From the IMG/VR virus record IMGVR_UViG_3300028392_000045, positions 33,265 through 97,264 of that record: a stretch of 64,000 nt of DNA; one strand, given 5' to 3'. Shown here in pieces: positions 39,504 to 47,643 of the stretch. Origin of the DNA: a virus. How positions within the stretch are numbered: position 1 is the first letter of the stretch; each line of letters starts with the position of its first letter. Below the pieces are notes generated by a model. That model saw only the letters and a program-made list of their open reading frames with translations. It had not been told where the DNA came from and made no database searches. A program made the position numbers and the translations under genes.

Positions 39504-40101
39504 CACCGCGCCTTGGTATGGTACATTTAAGGATATTACTATAATTGGATTGGGAGGTGTTGGCAATGGCCTAGCTCGTATTTTAGCATTAAATGGACAT
39601 AGACTATCTATTTACGACTACGATGACGTAGAAGAGCATAACTGTATCCCACAGGGTTATCCTAGAAAGTATATTGGAGTATCAAAATACGCTGCTTGTA
39701 AATCTATCATTGCTAGTTTTGTAGAGAATTTCTCAGTCGATTGTCATGGCAAATGGGATGATAGTGAATATTTGAGACCTATTGTAATAGCTTGTCCTGA
39801 TAACTTTGACACTAGGATCTCTGCTTTTCAGAAATGGAAAAGAGATAGTGATAGAGAATTGTTTATTTCTGTAGGTTTAACTGGGGATGATTACAAAATT
39901 ATTGTCATTAAAAGAGGAGATGAAGATTTGTTTGATATGCCTTCTGATTCTGTTTCTGATGAGCCTGTAGTATGTACTAATAGGCAAAGTTTGTATATGG
40001 CTCAAGCTGTACAAGCTAAAGTAGCAGAAATTATTAATAAATTTATCATTGATCCTGATCTAGTAGAAAACACTTATGTTCACAACGGAATCACTGGATA
40101 G
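39481..40101 (+). CDS. ThiF/E1-like adenylating enzyme
   Basis: IIGLGGVG, DYDDVEEHN..PQ, GVSK, CPDNFDTR, candidate catalytic Cys PVVCT. Confidence 0.88.
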   Translation: MTSTLRFSTAPWYGTFKDITIIGLGGVGNGLARILALNGHRLSIYDYDDVEEHNCIPQGYPRKYIGVSKYAACKSIIASFVENFSVDCHGKWDDSEYLRPIVIACPDNFDTRISAFQKWKRDSDRELFISVGLTGDDYKIIVIKRGDEDLFDMPSDSVSDEPVVCTNRQSLYMAQAVQAKVAEIINKFIIDPDLVENTYVHNGITG

Positions 40102-40495
40102 CGTAGTTTATGACTATGATACTGCTTCACGAGTAGAGTTAATAAATTCTAATAGTGTACTACGTGCAGAAATAAATGGAGAGAATTTCTATATTGGCAG
40201 GAATGTTATTAGAAACAATGATAAAGTTGTATTAGTATATTTTAATGATAATAAACTGTATGTCAATTCTTTAGTAGGAAAAGATTTATGGTTTTTAATA
40301 GAAGATCAAGTCTTTTTATTAAAAGAGATTGATAATATTGAGGTTGAAGTTGTTAAGAATTCTGATATTTACAAAATTATGAACTTACCATCAATATCAG
40401 AATTAAATGAGCACGCGCAACAAGAGAGCAGGCTCAGCTTGGAATTATTCCGTCGTCAATCACTTGGCGAAGATTTTTCAGTTGATCCCTTTTAA
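40076..40495 (+). CDS. Hypothetical protein
   Basis: Coupled to ThiF gene. Confidence 0.55.
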   Translation: MFTTESLDSVVYDYDTASRVELINSNSVLRAEINGENFYIGRNVIRNNDKVVLVYFNDNKLYVNSLVGKDLWFLIEDQVFLLKEIDNIEVEVVKNSDIYKIMNLPSISELNEHAQQESRLSLELFRRQSLGEDFSVDPF

Positions 40496-40892
40496 CAACA
40501 AAAACCATCAAGAGTTTAATATATCTACTTCCCAGGCTATGAGTAAACCACTTGATGGCTTGGGAGTAGATGTATACTTCGGTGAGCAGTTACCTCCGTA
40601 TATTCGAAAGATATACATACAGTGCAAGAAAACTCTAACTAAAGGAAAAGGCTCTATGGCTGTAGATATACTCCCTTTATTAGAGATGAAAATTAAAGGA
40701 ATTAACCTCCTTTATACTAGAGTTACCAAGAAACTAACCACAAAGAAAGGTTTAGTCTCTATGAAAGAAAGTGTAGTAGCAGAACTTGTTACTATGGAAT
40801 TAGAAACTTTTGAAATCTTTTTAGATGCTTATAAACGAGTACAGAGCACACCCAGCCCTGAACCAGAGTCAACTACAATTAATCAAGAATGA
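40407..40892 (+). CDS. PD-(D/E)XK Holliday junction resolvase-like nuclease
   Basis: RNKRAG...GVDV...IQCK. Confidence 0.6.
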   Translation: MSTRNKRAGSAWNYSVVNHLAKIFQLIPFNNKNHQEFNISTSQAMSKPLDGLGVDVYFGEQLPPYIRKIYIQCKKTLTKGKGSMAVDILPLLEMKIKGINLLYTRVTKKLTTKKGLVSMKESVVAELVTMELETFEIFLDAYKRVQSTPSPEPESTTINQE

Positions 40893-41673
40893 CTTTATTC
40901 CTTTTGAGAGTAAAGAAGCTTTTTTGATCGGGAATGTAGTTGAATGCTTACTTTGCTTTCCTGAACAGTTTGACCAATACTTCTATGAAGTAGGCAAAAC
41001 ACCAGAAGGCAAAGGTGCAGATGTTATAAAATACTTACACGAAAATAATCTGGATCTATATAATCTACCTGAAGACATAATTGAAGATCTTAAAGTACAG
41101 CATGACTATTATGCTAAAATGAGATCGGATAAATGGAAAGAGAAAATCCTAGAATTATCTGACTATTATGATAGCCTTAAATCTGCTGAAGGTAAAACAG
41201 CAGTACCAAAGGACTTGCTTGATAAATGTGATAAAAAAGTAAGAAGCCTAGATCCTAAATTATTAGATGAGATCTTTTTAGAGGCTGAGTTTCAGGTTCC
41301 TATTATATTTCAATATCAAGGAATTGAATGCAAAGCCTTATTGGATGTTGTGGGTAGAAAATGGTATGATATTAAAACAACGAGTAAACCATTTAGAGAA
41401 TTTCCTAAAAGCTTACTAAGAAATGGTTATCATATTCAAGGTTATTTCTACGATCAAGCTATTAAGTCATTAGGCTATGATATTGAGTTTGGTGGCTACT
41501 ATGTAATTCCTATGGGTATTGAGCCTGCTGTATTAGTAGAGTGGGACTTAAATTACGGTAAAGCCGAAACTGATCGACTTATTGAAAGATGGAAATGGCA
41601 TAATGAAAATCAAATTTTTGTAAATAAAGATCTACATCTTTCTAATTACAAAATGTATTTGAAATTCGATTGA
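40825..41673 (+). CDS. Exonuclease VIII-like PD-(D/E)XK nuclease (DUF3799-type)
   Basis: YRAHPALNQS, CKALLD, DIKTT, YHIQGYFY. Confidence 0.85.
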   Translation: MLINEYRAHPALNQSQLQLIKNDFIPFESKEAFLIGNVVECLLCFPEQFDQYFYEVGKTPEGKGADVIKYLHENNLDLYNLPEDIIEDLKVQHDYYAKMRSDKWKEKILELSDYYDSLKSAEGKTAVPKDLLDKCDKKVRSLDPKLLDEIFLEAEFQVPIIFQYQGIECKALLDVVGRKWYDIKTTSKPFREFPKSLLRNGYHIQGYFYDQAIKSLGYDIEFGGYYVIPMGIEPAVLVEWDLNYGKAETDRLIERWKWHNENQIFVNKDLHLSNYKMYLKFD

Positions 41674-42212
41674 TGGAACCACTACCATTTAGGAATAAGA
41701 CTTTTCTGTATCTAGCCAGGGCACTTACTTTATCTGGTAACTGTAGACCACTACTTGCAGAAAATATAGTTAATTATGGTGCTAAACATAAAGAAAAAGA
41801 AGGGTTATTCATCTTGTATAATTTTAAACAGATCAATAACTTTGAACAGATATATGAAGTAGCAAAAACCTTTAACAATTTTATGGAGGAATATTTGGTT
41901 GATGACCCCATTTATGGGCAGTTACATATGTTCCACTTTAGAATTAAAAAGTCAATTTATAATGCTTTTCTAGCTTCTGCTTATAGCAAGATGTATAACA
42001 AACAAGAATTAGCTATTGTGTGTCCTAATGCAATTCCATCATTGTTAGTATTACAATGTGATGAAAAAATTAAGGAGACACTAGCTAAGAAGTTGAATGT
42101 AAACTCTGATATTATAGAAGAGTTAGATGAAGCAATCATCCCAAGTCAAGAATTTTTTGAAAACGATCTATCTGAGGATCAAGAAACATATTATAAGAAA
42201 TGGAGAGTTTGA
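41670..42212 (+). CDS. Conserved hypothetical protein
   Basis: ORF track. Confidence 0.55.
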   Translation: MMEPLPFRNKTFLYLARALTLSGNCRPLLAENIVNYGAKHKEKEGLFILYNFKQINNFEQIYEVAKTFNNFMEEYLVDDPIYGQLHMFHFRIKKSIYNAFLASAYSKMYNKQELAIVCPNAIPSLLVLQCDEKIKETLAKKLNVNSDIIEELDEAIIPSQEFFENDLSEDQETYYKKWRV

Positions 42213-42598
42213 TCGCAGTTTGGAGGGAGGCATTTGGTCTTCCTCCTTTTGGTACTGAGAATCCAGAACTAAGCTGGAAACTCGTACAAGAAGAATATAA
42301 AGAGTTGTCGCAAGCTTTAGAGTCTGAACCAGATAACGTAGATAAAGAGCTTGCAGATCTTACATGGGTTGCAATTATGATGATGTATGATAGAGGATTA
42401 GACCCGTACACATTAATGTCAAAACTCTCTGCTTCCAACATGTCAAAGATATGCAAAACGGAGCAAGAAGCAAAAGACTATATTGCTAAACAAGATTTTG
42501 AATGCTATATTCAACAGTCTTCTCATGGCTATATAGTTAAGAGAGCATCTGATAACAAAATAATGAAAGCCAATTATGTCCAATTTAGTGACCTTTAG
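42200..42598 (+). CDS. MazG-like nucleotide pyrophosphohydrolase
   Basis: LVQEEYKEL, KELADL, SNMSK, KIMK. Confidence 0.85.
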   Translation: MESLIAVWREAFGLPPFGTENPELSWKLVQEEYKELSQALESEPDNVDKELADLTWVAIMMMYDRGLDPYTLMSKLSASNMSKICKTEQEAKDYIAKQDFECYIQQSSHGYIVKRASDNKIMKANYVQFSDL

Positions 42599-42929
42599 TA
42601 CTTTAGATAGAGTACAAGAGGAATTGAAGCACACAGACATACTTTTACATCGAGATGAGGAGGAAGACATATATTTAGTAGGTGTTGAGCCAGGAGATTT
42701 GACATACTTTCCTACTTTAGATCTAGTAGTTGCTAAATGTAAATTTATAGTATCTAAATTATATGATAATACTATAGAAATAGAAAGGTTTACATTTCAA
42801 CATGCATTGGACTTTTCTACAGATTTTGAAGGCATAGAAGAATATGAACTCAAGGATTTAGTAAAGAATAGTTCTGAATGGGATTTATTCAAAGATCTTA
42901 TGGCTCGTAATTTCGATTATGATGATTGA
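42576..42929 (+). CDS. Hypothetical protein
   Basis: ORF track. Confidence 0.55.
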   Translation: MSNLVTFSTLDRVQEELKHTDILLHRDEEEDIYLVGVEPGDLTYFPTLDLVVAKCKFIVSKLYDNTIEIERFTFQHALDFSTDFEGIEEYELKDLVKNSSEWDLFKDLMARNFDYDD

Positions 42930-43185
42930 GCAAACATATGCTTATTCGCATGTCCATTTTAGAGTATTATCAAATAAAGCAGATATTATATTCTGGACTA
43001 TGAACTACAAAATAAAGTCTAAAAAATATAAACAAGCTTTTGAAGTAGACGATAAAATAATTCCTTATTTAGTATTTACTCAAAGTGAATTATATACTGA
43101 AGGACAAATTCTTGTATTTATTAAGAAAGCGTATGAAATTTATTCAGCAGATCTTTTTTATAAAGATTTAAACTGTCATTTATGA
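42919..43185 (+). CDS. Hypothetical protein
   Basis: ORF track. Confidence 0.5.
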   Translation: MMIEQTYAYSHVHFRVLSNKADIIFWTMNYKIKSKKYKQAFEVDDKIIPYLVFTQSELYTEGQILVFIKKAYEIYSADLFYKDLNCHL

Positions 43186-43619
43186 TTGAGTACAAAAAAG
43201 GAGACATTTTTAATTCTGGATGTTATGCTTTTGTAAATCCAGTAAATACAGCAGGAGTTATGGGGAAAGGTCTTGCATTACATTTCAAGAAAAATTTTCC
43301 TATTAATTACCAGACTTACAAATTGGCATGTGATAATCAATCCTTTCAAATAGGACAGTTATTGTATGTTACAGAAAACAAGCATTTGATTATTAACTTT
43401 CCTACTAAAAAAGACTGGAGGCTGAAATCCAACTATGAATACATAGAACTAGGATTAAAAGCTCTTAGACAGTTCCTCTTTGATGCGCAAATTGATTCTA
43501 TAGCTATTCCTGCTATAGGCTGTGGAGAAGGTGGATTACTTTGGAGTAAGGTGAAACTAATGATAGAAAAATATTTAGGAATTTTAGAATGTAAAATTGT
43601 AGTATATGAACCTAATTAA
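43182..43619 (+). CDS. Macro domain protein (Poa1p/DarG-like)
   Basis: KGDIF, VNPVNTAGVMGKGLA, INFPTKKDW, PAIGCGEGGL.W. Confidence 0.92.
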   Translation: MIEYKKGDIFNSGCYAFVNPVNTAGVMGKGLALHFKKNFPINYQTYKLACDNQSFQIGQLLYVTENKHLIINFPTKKDWRLKSNYEYIELGLKALRQFLFDAQIDSIAIPAIGCGEGGLLWSKVKLMIEKYLGILECKIVVYEPN

Positions 43620-43938
43620 CGTACAAGTTCCTTTTTGGGACTATTTGATGGGAAAAGGAGCTAAGAATTTAGTAATTATTGGTATTATTGTATTACTGCT
43701 TTGGTTTTGTAATAGACAATGCGGTAAACATACTCATGTTACTACTATTGACAGTACACAACTTGCATTAGTAATACCTAAAGATAGCTTTAGTACTGAT
43801 ACATTAATTATGCAAACTCAGTTAAGACGAGCTATGCCTGAATTGACTGAAGAATTTGCTAAACATAATTCTACTTTCTTTGCTGCATATCTAAAGAAGA
43901 ACTACAAATATATTGATAACACGTTAAAAAGAAACTAA
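43606..43938 (+). CDS. Single-TM membrane protein
   Basis: Hydrophobic segment LVIIGIIVLLLWF. Confidence 0.6.
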   Translation: MNLINVQVPFWDYLMGKGAKNLVIIGIIVLLLWFCNRQCGKHTHVTTIDSTQLALVIPKDSFSTDTLIMQTQLRRAMPELTEEFAKHNSTFFAAYLKKNYKYIDNTLKRN

Positions 43939-44660
43939 TGAATATAGAAAGCTTGTTAACTAGTCTAGCTCCATTTTCTCTTATTATTGTATTTTTTATT
44001 CTTATAGTATATGCTCTAAGATCTAAAAATGATGGGAAAAACTTAATCAAAACCTTTATTGAAAAGAAAACATTAATGCTAGAGATAGTATTATTGTTTA
44101 TTGCAGTGGTAGAAGCTACTGTAGCTGCTCAATTAGGTCAGAAAGAAGGTATGGCTTATGCTTCTCGATTAGGTATGCATATGTCTTTAGCTTTAGCGTC
44201 TGCCACTGTAGGATTTGGCATCTTCAAACAGATGACAGAGTTCTTTGATGCTATCAGACAAAAAGCTCCTGCTTACATTATTGCTAAAGAAGGTGTAGAA
44301 TGGTTATTTTCTATTATGATTACTCTGATAGCACCAGTAGTAAATACCTATTATATTGTACTTTCTTTACATGCACAACAACAAGTATTTGCTGCTTTTA
44401 ATGGAGATTTCTTGTCTCTATCTAATCCTACTGCATTTGTAAGCACAGCAGTATGCTTTGTGCATATTTGTGGAGTGTTCTATCTAGGTCTATTGACTTA
44501 CGAAATTAAGCTTGTTGTTACTCCTATTGTTACTACTGTTCCTAATACTAAAGCAGTTATCCCTATTCATCATGGGTCAGAAGACGATGAAGATGCTGAA
44601 TTAGATTCTGTAGGTAGACATGATCCATTCTCAAAAAACGGGAGGCAGACAAAATCGTAA
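43938..44660 (+). CDS. Multi-pass membrane protein
   Basis: About five hydrophobic segments. Confidence 0.7.
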   Translation: MNIESLLTSLAPFSLIIVFFILIVYALRSKNDGKNLIKTFIEKKTLMLEIVLLFIAVVEATVAAQLGQKEGMAYASRLGMHMSLALASATVGFGIFKQMTEFFDAIRQKAPAYIIAKEGVEWLFSIMITLIAPVVNTYYIVLSLHAQQQVFAAFNGDFLSLSNPTAFVSTAVCFVHICGVFYLGLLTYEIKLVVTPIVTTVPNTKAVIPIHHGSEDDEDAELDSVGRHDPFSKNGRQTKS

Positions 44661-44722
44661 GCCCAACCGTTAAGCCGTTTAGCAATGTTATAAATTTCAT
44701 AGCAAAACACGTATTAACTAAT

Positions 44723-45076
44723 ATGCCAGATGCACATGAAAAGTTAGCTGCTGCTATACAAATAGATCCTGAGATAGGTGCAGAATGTCAACGGCTAGTA
44801 GATATAGCTGTATTACATCAAAAAACTATTAAAGGATTTGAGGATGAAATGTTTGAGTTAGAGAAACTAAACACAACAGACAGAACTACTTTAAAAAGTA
44901 GAGGTGGTGCTTATAATACTGTACAAACTCAAGATAAAGTAGCGAATGTTCTTAATGGCAGAATTAGAGCAAGAATTGTATCTTTGGAAGAGATTGGTAA
45001 TTCTATTACCAAACGATACGAGCTGTACAAAACTCAATTGGATAATATTAAAGATTACCTAACAGACGTAATGTAG
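44723..45076 (+). CDS. Coiled-coil hypothetical protein
   Basis: Heptad-rich ORF. Confidence 0.55.
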   Translation: MPDAHEKLAAAIQIDPEIGAECQRLVDIAVLHQKTIKGFEDEMFELEKLNTTDRTTLKSRGGAYNTVQTQDKVANVLNGRIRARIVSLEEIGNSITKRYELYKTQLDNIKDYLTDVM

Positions 45077-45077
45077 A

Positions 45078-45269
45078 ATGGGAATTAGAAAAGGAGTCAG
45101 GTGTGAATTCTGTAATCGTACATCAACTGCTCCATGTACTTCTGCTAAACAAAGTGAGAAGTGTGTAAAGCAGTTAAAAAGACCATTAACATTTTATGCA
45201 GAGATTTACCATTATTATTTACAAATCAGAAACAGAGCTTATAGAGCGAATTATCCAAGTTCGTGCTAA
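45078..45269 (+). CDS. Cys4 zinc-binding small protein
   Basis: CEFCN-x6-C-x8-C. Confidence 0.5.
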   Translation: MGIRKGVRCEFCNRTSTAPCTSAKQSEKCVKQLKRPLTFYAEIYHYYLQIRNRAYRANYPSSC

Positions 45270-45517
45270 AAATCAAGCTGCTGTAGAAAAGATTGCTAAA
45301 AGGTCTATTACTGAAGATCAGTATTATGACATTAAAGATTACTGGGCGTGAAAGCAAACTACAAGGTTGTTAATTTACAGACTGAATTAGTGGTAAGTGA
45401 ACATGTTTCTAAATCAATTGCTAACAGACATATTAGAGACATGGGGTGGAATACTGCTATTTATAAGATAGTCTTTGCCCCTAAACTCGAAGTTGGTCAA
45501 TGGTACAATCCTAGAAC

Positions 45518-45754
45518 ATGAATGAATATTTAATAAGTCCAAAAAGCAAAACCATTACACTATATGGTAATTGGACAATTCAAGAATTCCTAGATCTACA
45601 AATGAAATTATCTATGTGTAATTTAATTGATGGGTCATGGGTTATAAAATCTAAAAAAGAAGATGACACCACAACAGCAGGAACAGTACTTCGATCAGAT
45701 AGTCGAAGCGATGTCAAAAATAATGAAGAGCAAGAGGACAGATTATTCGTCTAA
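45518..45754 (+). CDS. Hypothetical protein
   Basis: ORF track. Confidence 0.45.
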   Translation: MNEYLISPKSKTITLYGNWTIQEFLDLQMKLSMCNLIDGSWVIKSKKEDDTTTAGTVLRSDSRSDVKNNEEQEDRLFV

Positions 45755-46001
45755 GGAAGATGCTTTATCTAATTTTAAGCAAGTAGCAGCTATTGTTGGC
45801 ATTACACCAGAGCAAGTATGTCTTGTATTAATTGCAGTGAAAGCTTCCAGATTAGGTAATCTATTTATTCAAAATTTAGATCCTCAAAACGAGAGTATTG
45901 AAGACAGTGCAAAAGATTTAACTATCTATACTATGCTTTTGCAAATGATTCTTCAGGATCATCTACAAAATATAATTAAAACTGCACAATCTGATCTATA
46001 A
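45663..46001 (+). CDS. Nucleotide-modification-associated alpha-helical protein (DUF1599-like)
   Basis: KRTDYS...LSNF...KASRL.NL...NESIEDS..DL..Y. Confidence 0.75.
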   Translation: MTPQQQEQYFDQIVEAMSKIMKSKRTDYSSKEDALSNFKQVAAIVGITPEQVCLVLIAVKASRLGNLFIQNLDPQNESIEDSAKDLTIYTMLLQMILQDHLQNIIKTAQSDL

Positions 46002-46026
46002 TTTTTTGCTTTTAATCTCAATGCTT

Positions 46027-46068
46027 GGGGGTAGATACTGTGTAAAAAGCAGGAGGCTACCCCTTTTT
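46027..46068 (+). terminator. Intrinsic terminator
   Basis: GGGGTAG/CTACCCC plus T-run. Confidence 0.6.
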
Positions 46069-46080
46069 AATTTGTAAATT

Positions 46081-47156
46081 ATGGAATTAAAAAAAGAAGA
46101 AGGACATTTATGCTATCATATGAGTGCTTATCACATGATACATTACTCATATAGATTTCATATTTATCAGACTTTTATTATTTTAGGCACAGACGATACT
46201 GTATTAATAGGAATGATATGATAATTAAATCAGGTGGTTTATACATTAGCTATTTTGCTTATCATTGTAGCTTTCTTACAAAAGAAATTAGTTTTACATA
46301 CCCCATCAGGAAAGTAAGTATTTCTGATGAATCAACTTCTTTAATGCTAATAAAAATATGAATTTACAGGCTTATGAAAGTTTTCTATTACATGATAGCT
46401 ATTATCAAGAACTAGAAAACCTATTCGAATTTTTTCCTTATAGTGATATATATTTTGTGGATAATACTTTTTCACATTCAATTATTTTAACATGAAAATA
46501 CTTGTACGTAATGACTAGATGGGAGATCACTCTTCTGCTCATTATGTAAAACTCACTTTATGTTGGTCAGATATAAGAATAGATAACTTAACAAAAAAAT
46601 TGATAGTATGTGTGTAATCTTGAATAATAGTTATGTACACTATGATAAATATATTTATCGAAAGTCTATAATATTAAATATAGTACCAGCACATCCATTC
46701 AATGTGTTTACAAAAAGAAGTACAGCATCAAAATTAATAGTAATATGCTGATAAAAGGCCATGCAAGTGTTCTCTGTTTTTATATGGATAAAGACAGAAT
46801 AAAAAATTACATCGTTACAGGAGTAAAAACTTTTGGTAGTGTTAAGTCAAGTAGATACTATGAAATAACTCATACAATTATTATATTATGAGAATAATAT
46901 GTGTATCTGATAGTGGTAAATATTTTTACGAGCAGAAAAATTTTGATAAAATAGAATGGTGCTCTTATGGTTCAATGTTAGGTGATCGTAATTACACTAA
47001 TGCAATTATATTATGCGAATCAAAACTATACTTATAGGAATCAATTTTCTTCATGTAGACATTTCTAGTATTAATTTAATATTTCAAGATATTAAAATGC
47101 TAGATCATTTTACAGCAGTCTATCCTGGCTGTTCACAAATTATAAATTTAAACTGA
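46081..47156 (+). CDS. Microprotein array D (8 units: 46081, 46218, 46358, 46492, 46608, 46745, 46888, 47013)
   Basis: Ends VLIGMI*, LMLIKI*, SIILT*, KLIVCV*, KLIVIC*, TIIIL*, AIILC..., QIINLN*; all junctions overlap. Confidence 0.75.
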
Positions 47157-47461
47157 TGAGAGAGATAAACATTCCCGAAAGCTTGAAAGAGCAAATTATT
47201 GAAATGCGTAACATGGCAGGTATTTCGATAGAGCCAGCTAAAACGACTCACGATCGTCTACATTCATTTCTTTCTGGTGAGCCTAACGATCAACTGCAAA
47301 AAGTAATGAATGTTTGTATGAAAGCTTATAAGCCTTATATGACAGTATCTCCATTAATGTTACAGTCCTATGGTGTGGCTATGTACTGCTTACCAGAATG
47401 TAATGATACAGAGCTACTAAAAATTGCTAAAGAGATTTATGAGACGTTAAGTCACATGTAA
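47156..47461 (+). CDS. Hypothetical protein interrupting the arrays
   Basis: ORF track; TGATG coupling. Confidence 0.6.
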   Translation: MREINIPESLKEQIIEMRNMAGISIEPAKTTHDRLHSFLSGEPNDQLQKVMNVCMKAYKPYMTVSPLMLQSYGVAMYCLPECNDTELLKIAKEIYETLSHM

Positions 47462-47493
47462 TTTTAAATTTCAAAATCTTTAATTTTAAAAAC

Positions 47494-47643
47494 ATGAAAA
47501 AGAAAACCAGAAACATCAATATAGAAGAATTGGCTATTGTCAATATTCTAATTTTTACAATCGGATTATGCATGAGTTCTTTAATGGGACTTGTATTTTG
47601 TGGGTTGTATACTTTCTTTTCGTTAGTAGAATTTGACAAATGA
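47494..47643 (+). CDS. 49 aa membrane protein
   Basis: MKKKTRNINIEELAIVNILIFTIGLCMSSLMGLVFCGLYTFFSLVEFDK. Confidence 0.55.
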   Translation: MKKKTRNINIEELAIVNILIFTIGLCMSSLMGLVFCGLYTFFSLVEFDK

